A stretch of 34,146 nt of DNA, from IMG/VR virus record IMGVR_UViG_3300021963_000033. The stretch is one strand, 5' to 3'. The notes under the pieces were generated by a model. It made no database searches and had not been told where the DNA came from. It was given only the letters and a program-made list of their open reading frames with translations. The position numbers and the translations under genes are program-made. This document shows, one piece after another, positions 14,978 to 24,290 of this stretch (position 1 is its first letter; each line of letters begins with the position of its first letter). The stretch comes from a virus. Lineage: Duplodnaviria > Heunggongvirae > Uroviricota > Caudoviricetes.

Positions 14978-16029
14978 ACAGAAACGTGCTGTGCCTCAAT
15001 ATACAAAGTTCTCAATAGGTTTTTAATCTTGTCTTTATCAAGATCGGTCGAAACAGTATCAACAAAATCAGATAGTACGGTCATCGTATCCTCAACATCC
15101 ATCTTATCTTCTTCAATTACATCTGCCTCGAACTCAGAGAAGTCTTCAATTATCTTTAACTCAATTAGATCGCAGTCATATAACTTATCAACAAAGCGAT
15201 CGAACTTATAGAAGTCTGTCTTCTTGACAACAACTAGTCGAACACAACTCCCCACAAGTGCACTAAGATCAAGCAAACTAGGGTCACCAGTAGTGTCATC
15301 ATAATAGATTTTATGAAAGATTTGAAATGGGTTTGCAAAGAATTCTACCTCATTCGTTTCCGTATCATATATGTGATACCCTCTCGTATCATTATAATCA
15401 GACCAAGTAAACTCATAGGTATTACCAAGATAAAGAATATTACCAACCCGACTGCGATGGTGGAAATGACCACTACAAACGAGAGGAAATCTATCAAACT
15501 GCTCAGTACCCATGCCATGGTCATTTTTATGCCCACGATACATTTCGAAACCTGAAAACTCAAAGTGTCCAAATACTGCTTGTGCATTACTTTTATCTAC
15601 AACCTCCATGGTGTCTGCATAGTTACCCGAACAAATCCATGGAACAAGCAGTAGATTCTTTCCGTTCAGTTTAATTTCTTCTGCGTCGGAATATGTAATA
15701 ACATTGCCATATTCACGAAGTAGTAGGTCTAGCGAGTTTACCTCATTCGTGTTCTTGAAAAATGTGTCGTGGTTTCCTGCGATCATGTGCACATCGATAC
15801 CGAGATCTCGTGTTTTATCGAAGAAATACTCGCGACACTTCTTGAGTGTATTATAATTTATAAACTTGCGTCGGTCAAAAACATCACCGAGGTGAATGAT
15901 AGTTTTTATTCCTTCGCGTTCTAGATGAGGGAAAAACACCTCAGTATAAAACTTCGCGAAGAAGTTATCAAACGGAATAGAATCTGACCTTGCACCAAAG
16001 TGAGTGTCTGTGATCAACGCAACCTTCAT
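14974..16029 (-). CDS. gp47: Recombination nuclease gp47 (Mre11/SbcD-like)
   Basis: DTHFG, GDVFD, GNHD, GHFH. Confidence 0.97.
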   Translation of the reverse strand: MKVALITDTHFGARSDSIPFDNFFAKFYTEVFFPHLEREGIKTIIHLGDVFDRRKFINYNTLKKCREYFFDKTRDLGIDVHMIAGNHDTFFKNTNEVNSLDLLLREYGNVITYSDAEEIKLNGKNLLLVPWICSGNYADTMEVVDKSNAQAVFGHFEFSGFEMYRGHKNDHGMGTEQFDRFPLVCSGHFHHRSRVGNILYLGNTYEFTWSDYNDTRGYHIYDTETNEVEFFANPFQIFHKIYYDDTTGDPSLLDLSALVGSCVRLVVVKKTDFYKFDRFVDKLYDCDLIELKIIEDFSEFEADVIEEDKMDVEDTMTVLSDFVDTVSTDLDKDKIKNLLRTLYIEAQHVSV

Positions 16030-16044
16030 ACTCGAACTTTCTAA

Positions 16045-16374
16045 TTACTTTGCAGGCGTAGTTGGTTTCGCTTCAGTAGGAACCACTTCTTCTAACTTTT
16101 CTTCGGTTGTTGGTTCTACGCCACCTTCTTCTGCGAGGCGCTTAAGAACAATTTGTCCATCACAGATCATGTAGTGTTGACCATCACCGAGATCACTTGA
16201 CTCAAGATAGATGCATCCTGGATTCTGTGTAGAAACACCCCGAACACCATTCCTATGGTCAATGACATCAGCGATTAATGTACCGATGATCGATACAAAC
16301 GCAAGAAAGCAAAATGCCGTAAACCAGTTTTTAGACAACCACACAACGTACTTGTTAGTTTTTACTTCAGTCAT
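16045..16374 (-). CDS. Hypothetical single-pass membrane protein (109 aa)
   Basis: TM segment WFTAFCFLAFVSIIGTLIA, two further Cys, SD AAGGAG. Confidence 0.75.
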   Translation of the reverse strand: MTEVKTNKYVVWLSKNWFTAFCFLAFVSIIGTLIADVIDHRNGVRGVSTQNPGCIYLESSDLGDGQHYMICDGQIVLKRLAEEGGVEPTTEEKLEEVVPTEAKPTTPAK

Positions 16375-16406
16375 ATACAACTCCTTTAACACTCTTTAAT
16401 AAGTCC

Positions 16407-16435
16407 ATTCTACTCTATATCAAGAGAATTGTCAA
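16407..16435 (-). promoter_or_regulatory. Sigma70-type promoter in the 3' end of gp55
   Basis: TTGACA-17 nt-TAGAAT. The gp55 TAG stop lies within the -10 box. Confidence 0.75.
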
Positions 16436-17021
16436 TGATTTTTTGGTCTAAATATTTTGGTCGTCGTTTTGGTATGTTGTTGACCTTTACAGCATCTGGT
16501 TTATCGAACTCATCAATCATGTCCATCTGCTTCTTGACATAGTCAATAAACTCGTTGCCGTAGTCGCCTGTATCGTGGTCTTGGGTAATCAAGTCATGAA
16601 CATCAATGTTTCTCATGTATCGATACTTAGTTTGTTGCTGTCGTTTCTCTTTCGCGATACGACGAAGGAAAGCATAATATGTTATCTGCGTGAAATACGC
16701 GAAAGGATTCTTAGATTTTTCAGGATTAAAGTTATCGATGTAAGTAATACAGTTTTCAATACCATCCGAAACCATTTCTTCTCGATACGTATAGTTGATA
16801 AAATTGCTCTTATATGCCAAGTGAGTTGCAATCTTTAGAAAGCATTCTCCGATATAGTTGGGGATACGGGGTTTCAATTTTCCCGCTTCCTTTGCAGCAA
16901 GCACACTATCTCGATACTTAGTAATCTCTTCTAGAAACTTAGAGTTATCTACATAATGTATGTTGTTTTTCTTATTCTTCTTGAATGGTTTTTTCACATT
17001 TTTCTCTGGTATTTCAGTCAT
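16410..17021 (-). CDS. gp55: Late sigma factor gp55
   Basis: HYVDN..F, YIGECFLKIA, NFINYTYREEM, NPFAYFTQI..AFLRRI.KEK. Confidence 0.97.
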   Translation of the reverse strand: MTEIPEKNVKKPFKKNKKNNIHYVDNSKFLEEITKYRDSVLAAKEAGKLKPRIPNYIGECFLKIATHLAYKSNFINYTYREEMVSDGIENCITYIDNFNPEKSKNPFAYFTQITYYAFLRRIAKEKRQQQTKYRYMRNIDVHDLITQDHDTGDYGNEFIDYVKKQMDMIDEFDKPDAVKVNNIPKRRPKYLDQKIIDNSLDIE

Positions 17022-17043
17022 TTATAACTCCATTTATCATACC

Positions 17044-17072
17044 GTTATACTATACTTTTTCTTATTAGTCAA
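17044..17072 (-). promoter_or_regulatory. Sigma70-type promoter for gp55
   Basis: TTGACT-17 nt-TATAAC, sharing the GTATAGTATAA stretch with the hsp20 promoter. Confidence 0.65.
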
Positions 17073-17105
17073 TGATTTTTTTTCACTATTATTTCAGTAT
17101 ATAGC

Positions 17106-17134
17106 TTGACAACACTCGCGTTTCGAGGTATAAT
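17106..17134 (+). promoter_or_regulatory. Perfect-consensus antisense sigma70 promoter
   Basis: TTGACA-ACACTCGCGTTTCGAGG-TATAAT on the + strand in intergenic DNA, with no sizeable + strand gene downstream. Confidence 0.8.
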
Positions 17135-17178
17135 GACTATGTCGTATTGATGAATAATAGCTTTACTACTGCTACTGC

Positions 17179-17547
17179 TTAATTGAGTAGGTTCCTGCTT
17201 CTGAGTAGTTGGGAATGCAACACTTCCAGATCTAAGTTTGCCTCGTCAGATTCCTCGAGAAGTTTTACTTCACTGGAGATATATTTCTCATATTGCTCTA
17301 GTAGGTTCTCTCTCAAGAGACAGACAGTGATTACTTCGGATCTGGGTATGAGGAAATTCTTCTCAGTGGTAATACCAATCCATGGTTTCAGAAGAAACGT
17401 TTCTCCAACAACATCTTCTTGCATTACAGAATAAGGAACTACCGCAATGGGATTATCCATCCAGAATAATTCATTGGTATCACTGTCTCTTATCGATGCG
17501 ATCACTAGGTCGCCATTTTTAAATTTAAGTACCTTTGGAGTTTCCAT
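17179..17547 (-). CDS. Conserved hypothetical protein, probable Sm-like fold
   Basis: LKFKNGDLVIA...NP...LKPWI...Y, similar pattern to 1983..2282, usual position between uvsW and gp55. Confidence 0.75.
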   Translation of the reverse strand: METPKVLKFKNGDLVIASIRDSDTNELFWMDNPIAVVPYSVMQEDVVGETFLLKPWIGITTEKNFLIPRSEVITVCLLRENLLEQYEKYISSEVKLLEESDEANLDLEVLHSQLLRSRNLLN

Positions 17548-19027
17548 CAGTAGATATCCTCACGAGTTTGTATTTGAAACCTTCTTCATTATATAACTTG
17601 ATTCTCTCTATCATGTGTAGTAGAGTATAATTCTTTTTCGCTTTCCAAGATAGGTCATCACCTATATCAAAAAGACGACAGGAAGTTTTGTCATCCCCCT
17701 TACGCAATCCTCTACCAATCGACTGGAGATTTCTTACTCTAGATTTCGACGGAGAAGCGAATATGACATTATGCAGATTCCTTATATTTATTCCCGTTGA
17801 AAAGGTGCCATATGATGCGATGATGACTGCATCTTTTTCTTTCTCGGTAATCTCGCGAACCTTTTCGCGCTGCTGAGTATCAGTTCCGCCATGAACGAAG
17901 AACACTTGACGAGACTTTCCGATCTTCTCTTTGATCAAGTCATACAAAACTGCGCCATGTTTCTCGACAAACTGGAACAGTACCAATGTGTTGCCCTTCT
18001 GTGTCGTTGCCAGATTTTTGATTATGTTGTTGCGCTTTTTGTGCGTTACCAACCAGTCCATTTCTTCTTGGTAAGTATACTTAGTTAGTGCTTTCTTCTC
18101 TTCATCAGAATAATCGAGAACGAGACAATGAATATCCAGATCAGCGACCGATCCCTGTTCCATCAATTCTTTTGTCGAGATAACCTTGTGGACCTTACCA
18201 AATAATCCCTCGAGAATCAACTTATGCGTCTTAGTTCCATCAAGAGTTCCTGTTGTTCCGATGCGGAACTTAGTCTTGGTGCATTTGTTGAAGATTGATG
18301 TCAAAGATTTCGCTTTGAATAGATGCGCTTCGTCTCCATAGATTACATCGAACTCGTCAAAGAACTTTTTAGGGAGTTTGTATATTGACTGCCATGTTGA
18401 GATAGTAATAGGATATTCGTTAGACTTCTCGAATCCTGAATAGATTCTACCACAGTTATATGATGCTTTCCAGTCTGTCTCTGATGCATAATCTTGAAAG
18501 TCTTTATACATCTGCTCGACGAGGGAAGTAGTAGGAACAATAATCAATTGTTTACGCCCAAACTTCTGATGGTATCGCATCAATAGATAAATGATCAACG
18601 ACTTACCAGATGCAGTTGGTGAGAGAAGCAACGTCCTACCAATACGAATCGCATACTTAACAGCATCTAACTGATAGTCTCTCGCTTCGATCGGATTACC
18701 TTGAGAGTGGAGATTCAGCGAGTCGGCATATTCAACCAGTTCTTCATAGGTTATGGGATCGCCGATACGTTCAATCTGAACGTCCATCTCATATTCATTA
18801 CGCTGGCAAAATTCTCTGAGATATGGAAGAAGTCCTACGTATAGTTCTTTGGTCCACATGTTAAACAAACGTGCCTTACCGTCCCATAACTTAGCACGAT
18901 AAGTTGGCATGAATTTTGCACCTGGAACATCAAACGTAAAATACTCTGATAGTTCCTGTGAAATACTGGGGTCGCATTCCACATTCAGATACACTTCATC
19001 TTTTTTAGTGATGGTTAGATCGGTCAC
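17525..19027 (-). CDS. uvsW: SF2 helicase UvsW
   Basis: RDYQ, SPTASGKS, DEAH, TGT, STGINI, QSIGRGLR. GTG start overlaps the uvsY stop. Confidence 0.96.
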   Translation of the reverse strand: MTDLTITKKDEVYLNVECDPSISQELSEYFTFDVPGAKFMPTYRAKLWDGKARLFNMWTKELYVGLLPYLREFCQRNEYEMDVQIERIGDPITYEELVEYADSLNLHSQGNPIEARDYQLDAVKYAIRIGRTLLLSPTASGKSLIIYLLMRYHQKFGRKQLIIVPTTSLVEQMYKDFQDYASETDWKASYNCGRIYSGFEKSNEYPITISTWQSIYKLPKKFFDEFDVIYGDEAHLFKAKSLTSIFNKCTKTKFRIGTTGTLDGTKTHKLILEGLFGKVHKVISTKELMEQGSVADLDIHCLVLDYSDEEKKALTKYTYQEEMDWLVTHKKRNNIIKNLATTQKGNTLVLFQFVEKHGAVLYDLIKEKIGKSRQVFFVHGGTDTQQREKVREITEKEKDAVIIASYGTFSTGINIRNLHNVIFASPSKSRVRNLQSIGRGLRKGDDKTSCRLFDIGDDLSWKAKKNYTLLHMIERIKLYNEEGFKYKLVRISTDGNSKGT

Positions 19028-19464
19028 ATTAATCCATTTGTAAACTTGGTCCACTCAATTGCGGACTTAATATCCCATGTCCTACTATTTAGTGACCGCA
19101 GAATCTGCTCTAATTGATATAGAACTGCCTTGATATAATCAATCTTGTCTTGTTGCTTGATCATCTCTTCATCGCATTGGAGAACATCATCCATCTCATT
19201 CTTTAGTGGTTTGAGACCTTGGTATTGATTCCATCCATGTTCTTCGAGTTCTTCGCGAGTAAGTTCCCCGCGATAATACCTCATCTTAGTTCTGCGCAAG
19301 CGATAATAATCTGCCTCTGCCTTGCGCAACTGCAACTTAGAATTCGATAGTATGTTGAGATACTTAGAGTGCAACTCTGGGGTTTTGGTTGACTCTGGAC
19401 CAAGATTTAATTGGTCGATCTTGCAGTCGTTAGTCCATGACTCTTGAATTTCAGATAGTTTCAT
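19024..19464 (-). CDS. uvsY: Recombination mediator UvsY
   Basis: W..DCKID...P.LHSKYL, YYRG, R.W.IK.AIEW.KF. Confidence 0.92.
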   Translation of the reverse strand: MKLSEIQESWTNDCKIDQLNLGPESTKTPELHSKYLNILSNSKLQLRKAEADYYRLRRTKMRYYRGELTREELEEHGWNQYQGLKPLKNEMDDVLQCDEEMIKQQDKIDYIKAVLYQLEQILRSLNSRTWDIKSAIEWTKFTNGLM

Positions 19465-19490
19465 AATGCCCTCAATAGAAAAATAATATA

Positions 19491-19519
19491 AGTATACTAA
19501 ATTTTGTTTGGAATGTCAA
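19491..19519 (-). promoter_or_regulatory. Sigma70-type promoter for uvsY-uvsW
   Basis: TTGACA-17 nt-TATACT. Confidence 0.8.
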
Positions 19520-19522
19520 GTT

Positions 19523-20107
19523 TTAAAGTGCCTCGACAGTATATTGGCGATATTTAAATGCAGCAATACCAACCAAATAGTCTGCTCGCCCAGAACTGAT
19601 GTCGAAATCTAATGCCTCGAGACTGACTGGAAATATGTCGTAGTAAGTAATCTTGACGTTTGGATTATTGTCTGAGTCCAGAATGAAGAAGTCGGCGTCA
19701 GAGAAGTTACCCAATGCGCCGAGACGTTTATCTGAGATAGCGGGAAATCTATAACGTTGCGATTCATTCCAATTTTTATATTGCTCTCTAGACTCTGGGA
19801 ATCCCAGACCAACCAACCAATTATATAGTTCCAGATAGTTGCTCATGTTCTCTTGAACAAGAAACCGAATGACTAGATCGCCATATGCTAATTTATCACC
19901 AGGGACTGGAATATCTGACAATGGTGTTTGAAATGTAGGGGAACCAAGTTGTATCGCAGGAATGTTTGCTGCTTGGCAGAAGTATGATACATTAGGTAGA
20001 TTGTGAACCTGAAACTTAAATCCGTTTGGTTTCAGATAGTCGAGATCGCTGGGTTGTTGATTGACCCAGTTTGCTTCTGTTACACCAAGTGATGTCTTTA
20101 ATACCAT
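19523..20107 (-). CDS. gp3: Tail completion/tube terminator gp3
   Basis: YLKPNGFKF, YFCQAANIP, FLVQENMSNY.E.YNW, FPVSL. Confidence 0.88.
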   Translation of the reverse strand: MVLKTSLGVTEANWVNQQPSDLDYLKPNGFKFQVHNLPNVSYFCQAANIPAIQLGSPTFQTPLSDIPVPGDKLAYGDLVIRFLVQENMSNYLELYNWLVGLGFPESREQYKNWNESQRYRFPAISDKRLGALGNFSDADFFILDSDNNPNVKITYYDIFPVSLEALDFDISSGRADYLVGIAAFKYRQYTVEAL

Positions 20108-20129
20108 GTTACCCTCATATGTTTCATAC

Positions 20130-20137
20130 TATTTATA
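20130..20137 (-). promoter_or_regulatory. T4 late promoter (gp3)
   Basis: TATAAATA just upstream of gp3. Confidence 0.8.
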
Positions 20138-20140
20138 ATG

Positions 20141-20170
20141 AAAAAGGGGAGAGCATTTCTGCTCCCCCCA
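20141..20170 (-). terminator. Rho-independent terminator after gp23
   Basis: GGGGGGAGCA-GAAA-TGCTCTCCCC-TTTTT. A second GAAA-loop hairpin lies at about 20183-20201. Confidence 0.88.
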
Positions 20171-20208
20171 AGTTTCTAAGTCCCCTTTTCTTTCGAAAGG
20201 GTAATCTC

Positions 20209-21504
20209 TTACATGAGATTGGTTACCTTTACTCTGCGGTAGTATTGGTTACGGTTGGCAGTGAAAGTATCACCGTCAGTTGTGCCGTTCGACTGAGTTA
20301 CGAATGGGTTAGCGATCATGCCGTAACGAGTCTTGAAACCAATTTTTGGTTGGAAGGTGTTAGGGTCGATAGCACGAACCATTTGTAGTGGAACGTATGG
20401 GCAATAGAAGATACCAGCGTCATAAGCATTAGCACCCTTATAACCAACAACATAGAACTGCGATGCAGCGCCAGTGTTTGCTGAGTAAGGATCAACGAAT
20501 ACCTTGTAACGACCGTTCAGCGTACCAACGAAGGTATTGCCTGTGTCATCAACTTGAAGCGATGGCGAACCATTAAGCGCACCACCTGTGTCAAGCATAC
20601 CTGCCATTGCAAGAGCAGCAGCAACGTCTGACGAACAGATAATGAAGTTACCCTTACCACGACGAGTGTCTTGAGCGATTACGTTAGCGTCACGTTCGAT
20701 GTTGAACAGAAGACCCTTGAAACGCTCAACCGACCAACGACCGTTTGAGTCAACGTCAAGATCGAAAGTACCAGCAGTTGCAGTCGAAGCAGCACCTGTC
20801 TTAGCAACCTTATAGATCGTACGGATAACTTCGCGGTTGATTTCAGCAAGAATTTCTTGTGAAAGGATGTTTGAAAGTTCGCCTTCAGCGTCAAGACCGT
20901 GAATTGCCTTGAGATCTTGAGCGAGTTCTACTGTGTATTCTGCTTTAAGAGCACGTGTCTTAGCAGTTACAGTTGTTTTCTCGATCGAGAATGCCATTTC
21001 GTTGAAGTCAGTTCCGCCTGATTCGCCAAGTTGCTCAGCGTCAACAGTAGCAATACCAGTACCTGTGGTGTAAGAACCATCAACTGGGTTTGAACCAGCA
21101 TGAGTTCCTGTACCAGCGAAGTCAGTATCTGCTTCGTTGAAGAGTGCTTCAGTGCCGTTCATTGCACTATACTTGCTCTTCATTGCGAAGATAAGACCAG
21201 TTGGACCAGTCATTGGTTGCACGCCAGCAACGTCATATGCCATTAGGTTTGGCAACGCACGACGAACGAGCGAGATTAGGATTGGATCGTAACGGTCGAT
21301 GTTATCAGCACCACCAGTTGTTGCACCAGCAATGTTGTTTGCTGGAGTTTCGAAAAGAGCAGTGCGCTCTTCGCGAAGTGCACGCTCTTGGTTCTCAAGA
21401 ACTACTGCAGTAACCGCACGCTTGTACTTATCCGAGATCTGTCCAAGACCATCATGGTTTAGGACTGGTTCCCACTTTTTTGTTAATTGCTCTGAAAGAA
21501 ACAT
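20209..21504 (-). CDS. gp23: Major capsid protein gp23
   Basis: KKWEPVL, GVQPMTGPTGLIFAM, RALKAEYTVELAQDLKAIHGLDAE, FQPKIGFKTRYG. Confidence 0.99.
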   Translation of the reverse strand: MFLSEQLTKKWEPVLNHDGLGQISDKYKRAVTAVVLENQERALREERTALFETPANNIAGATTGGADNIDRYDPILISLVRRALPNLMAYDVAGVQPMTGPTGLIFAMKSKYSAMNGTEALFNEADTDFAGTGTHAGSNPVDGSYTTGTGIATVDAEQLGESGGTDFNEMAFSIEKTTVTAKTRALKAEYTVELAQDLKAIHGLDAEGELSNILSQEILAEINREVIRTIYKVAKTGAASTATAGTFDLDVDSNGRWSVERFKGLLFNIERDANVIAQDTRRGKGNFIICSSDVAAALAMAGMLDTGGALNGSPSLQVDDTGNTFVGTLNGRYKVFVDPYSANTGAASQFYVVGYKGANAYDAGIFYCPYVPLQMVRAIDPNTFQPKIGFKTRYGMIANPFVTQSNGTTDGDTFTANRNQYYRRVKVTNLM

Positions 21505-21536
21505 TTAGTTTTCCCCTTTTAGGTGTTCAATAGATT

Positions 21537-21544
21537 TATTTATA
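21537..21544 (-). promoter_or_regulatory. T4 late promoter (gp23)
   Basis: TATAAATA. Confidence 0.85.
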
Positions 21545-21549
21545 TAAAA

Positions 21550-22668
21550 TTAATTTTTAGCAGAAAGTACGTCAAGCGCCTTGATATACTGACTTACCGT
21601 CGATCCTTCGCTGAAGTCATTTTCAACTCCATCGTCAAACTTCTCTTCAGATAGAGTTCTTGTCTTAGGGAAATAATTTTCCTTGATGACATTTAACTTC
21701 TCTTCAAAGATTTCTGCATTCTCGAATTCTACATCAGCGACCAACGACTTGAATTTTTCAGCGTCTGTTTTTGCTAGACCTTCTGCAACAACCGAAAGAA
21801 CACTTTCCTTGTTGAGATCGATATTAGCATTGTGTAGTTCTACATTAGCAGCGATTGCTTCATCCAGTTTTGAAGAGATTTCTTCAATCTGCGATTGCAT
21901 TTCACCTAGAACATCGTATTTGTCTTCTGGGACATCAACATAATGCTCAGCGAAAAGTGTTTTTAGACCTTCAATGAAATCTTCAGCAATGTCAGTACGG
22001 AGACCGTTTTCTACTGCCAATTGATTTTCTTCGATCCAATTTTCGATTACGTAACCGAGATAGGAATCAACCTTCTCTACGAGTTCCGACTTATATTCTT
22101 CCATCAACTCAGCAGCTTCTTCAACCAGACGGTCTTCGATCAAACTTACTTCGTTGGAAACTCTCGCAACAACCATTGCTTCAAACAGCGATGATGCTTT
22201 GTTGCGGAAATCTTCTGTTAGGTTTTCGTTACCATCAAACAAAGATGCTAGATCGGCAGCGAAGTCTTCTTCAAGATCTTCATCTTCACCATCTTCAAAA
22301 TCTTCATCTTCTTCTGGATCATATTCTTCTTGGTGAACATTGCCCTTTGAAGATGCTTGGTTAACAACTGATGTTGGATCCGCAACAGTAGTAAAGTTTG
22401 GTGCATCACCAACAGTACCAGCATGTGCCATCAAGTCATCTTTCTTGACTGACGATGCTTCTTTAGCACCAGGATTTTCTGTTTTGTCATCGCGTTCGCC
22501 AGATACTGTTGCATCTTCCGAAGAACCTTGACGTGGATTCTTAGCATCGCCTGCAGTTTTTGCAGGGATCGAAGTATCCTTACCCTTTGCTGCGCCCATC
22601 GGACCAGCATTTTCCTCGGATAGTTGCTTTTTTGTAAGCAACTCTCTGATCTTGTTTTCTACATTCAT
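21550..22668 (-). CDS. gp22: Prohead scaffold protein gp22
   Basis: LTEDFRNKA..LFEA, KVDSYLGYV..W..EN, acidic coiled coil, synteny. Confidence 0.94.
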   Translation of the reverse strand: MNVENKIRELLTKKQLSEENAGPMGAAKGKDTSIPAKTAGDAKNPRQGSSEDATVSGERDDKTENPGAKEASSVKKDDLMAHAGTVGDAPNFTTVADPTSVVNQASSKGNVHQEEYDPEEDEDFEDGEDEDLEEDFAADLASLFDGNENLTEDFRNKASSLFEAMVVARVSNEVSLIEDRLVEEAAELMEEYKSELVEKVDSYLGYVIENWIEENQLAVENGLRTDIAEDFIEGLKTLFAEHYVDVPEDKYDVLGEMQSQIEEISSKLDEAIAANVELHNANIDLNKESVLSVVAEGLAKTDAEKFKSLVADVEFENAEIFEEKLNVIKENYFPKTRTLSEEKFDDGVENDFSEGSTVSQYIKALDVLSAKN

Positions 22669-22698
22669 TTGCTTCTCCTAGAATTCGAGATTATATAA

Positions 22699-22706
22699 TA
22701 TTTATA
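22699..22706 (-). promoter_or_regulatory. T4 late promoter (gp22)
   Basis: TATAAATA overlapping the gp21 stop. Confidence 0.8.
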
Positions 22707-23370
22707 AAACTTTTGTTTTACGGGAGACGCGATTTAAGAAAGATTCAAATACTCTCAACTTCGCTTCTTCCAATTCTTTTCTGGATGCTTTCTTGATCAA
22801 TCGCTTAGACATATCGCATGCTTGCTCAGTCCAAACTCCATTAACCACAACCCATTCTTTATTTTCCATAATGCCCTGGACGAATGCGTCAGGAGCAGAA
22901 GGATCTGCTACAATGTCAGCAGCAGTAGCAAGGTAGAAGTCGTCTTGGACTTCATTAATACCTTCTTTATTTGCTTTCAATGTACCCATACCACGGGAAG
23001 AAACACCAAGTTTAGCGCCACCCTCGATAAGACCTTTAGCAATATTACCCATTGGAGTATCCATGAGTTTTGCTTTACCAATATAATTGTCACCGTCTTC
23101 TCTGAGCGAAACAATCATGTGTGAAACGCGATCTAGATTAATCGATGGACCATCTGGGTGACCGAGTTCTCCAAGAGCACGATTCGATTTGACATAACTT
23201 TCATTATATCTCTCGACTTCTTTTGACATAATTTCTTTTGGATAAACACGACCATTGCGGTTTGCCAAGTTAGATTGCAGAAACACACCTTCAATGAAGT
23301 GTGTTTTCTTGCCGTTTGTTTCTTCGATTAAAAGGTTTACGTCTTCAACGACTTCAGTAATAAGTTTCAT
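22702..23370 (-). CDS. gp21: Prohead protease gp21
   Basis: MKLITE, NRNGRVYP, ALGELGHP, GVSSRGMG, DIVADPSAPDAFV. Confidence 0.97.
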   Translation of the reverse strand: MKLITEVVEDVNLLIEETNGKKTHFIEGVFLQSNLANRNGRVYPKEIMSKEVERYNESYVKSNRALGELGHPDGPSINLDRVSHMIVSLREDGDNYIGKAKLMDTPMGNIAKGLIEGGAKLGVSSRGMGTLKANKEGINEVQDDFYLATAADIVADPSAPDAFVQGIMENKEWVVVNGVWTEQACDMSKRLIKKASRKELEEAKLRVFESFLNRVSRKTKVL

Positions 23371-23747
23371 TATCCTAGATCTCCTTGATTCTGGTGCGCT
23401 TGTGGTCCATAACCAGAGACCTTAGCAAGTTCCAGAACTACTGCTCCAGTTCCTGAAGAAAAGTCGACAACAATGTCCGATCCGTTTTCTTCGTTGTCAG
23501 ACCATCCCATAAATTCCATCTTACCAGTTCCAGAAAGGTAATATAGGACTACACTATTTCTAGTGACAGTGGCAGTAGAACCTACTGACAGCGCCCAATG
23601 AAGGGTGCGAATGTTTGCTTTTGGTGAAGACTGAGTTTCTGAAGACTTCTTCAGATCAGTTGCAAGTGCAATGGTAGCGGATCCCGTGCCACGCACTTTC
23701 ACCACACCATGAACCTGTGTTAGTTTTAGAACCGCTTTAGTCGCCAT
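23370..23747 (-). CDS. Hypothetical virion/prohead protein
   Basis: Beta-rich, ends VLELAKVSGY, lies in the head operon with its stop overlapping the gp21 start. Confidence 0.7.
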   Translation of the reverse strand: MATKAVLKLTQVHGVVKVRGTGSATIALATDLKKSSETQSSPKANIRTLHWALSVGSTATVTRNSVVLYYLSGTGKMEFMGWSDNEENGSDIVVDFSSGTGAVVLELAKVSGYGPQAHQNQGDLG

Positions 23748-23757
23748 CTGTTATTCC

Positions 23758-24060
23758 TTACTGGTATCTTGCTTTCTTTGCATTACGCAAAACTTTGAAA
23801 TCGTGTCCATCAATTTTACCATTCTTATTGGCATCAATCTTATGTTGATCACCCTTTAGTGCTTCGTCAGTCTGCTCGACTTCTTCCTTCTTGACGCCAC
23901 GATCTGCTTCTAATTTAGCAGCGATTGCCATCTGACGACGCTTCTCTGCAGTCTTACCTTGGAATTGAGGTGCATCTGAATCTTGGAAATCCTTGATCAC
24001 ATCGCCCATTTTTGTTTTGGCAATGTTAAGTCTTTCCATTAAATCCTTAAACTTCAGCAT
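23758..24060 (-). CDS. Prohead core/internal-type protein with EF-hand-like loop (100 aa)
   Basis: MLKFKDLME N-terminus, DANKNGKIDGHDF, position between the gp67-like gene and gp21. Confidence 0.7.
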   Translation of the reverse strand: MLKFKDLMERLNIAKTKMGDVIKDFQDSDAPQFQGKTAEKRRQMAIAAKLEADRGVKKEEVEQTDEALKGDQHKIDANKNGKIDGHDFKVLRNAKKARYQ

Positions 24061-24286
24061 CGTCTTCCCCCGTAAAGTCTTCTTCCGATTCATCCTCGAA
24101 GTCAGTATCAAAATCTTCTTCAGGTTCTGATTCTTGACCATTAAAAACGTTCATCGCAATTTGCTGTCTGTATGCATCTAACGCAGTACCTGCTTTAATG
24201 TCCATTAAACCATTAAATACTTGTTCTGCGTCGGCAAGAGTGCCGCTTTCAATGTTATTTATTAGATCTGCTACACTGTTTTCCAT
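24047..24286 (-). CDS. gp67: Prohead core protein, gp67-like
   Basis: Short helical protein with an acidic tail, directly after the portal gene. Confidence 0.7.
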   Translation of the reverse strand: MENSVADLINNIESGTLADAEQVFNGLMDIKAGTALDAYRQQIAMNVFNGQESEPEEDFDTDFEDESEEDFTGEDDAEV

Positions 24287-24290
24287 AGTA

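Noticed and set aside
20107-20209. No gp24 vertex gene after gp23
   Set aside because: This is normal for this branch of T4-like phages, and the gene could lie outside the window.
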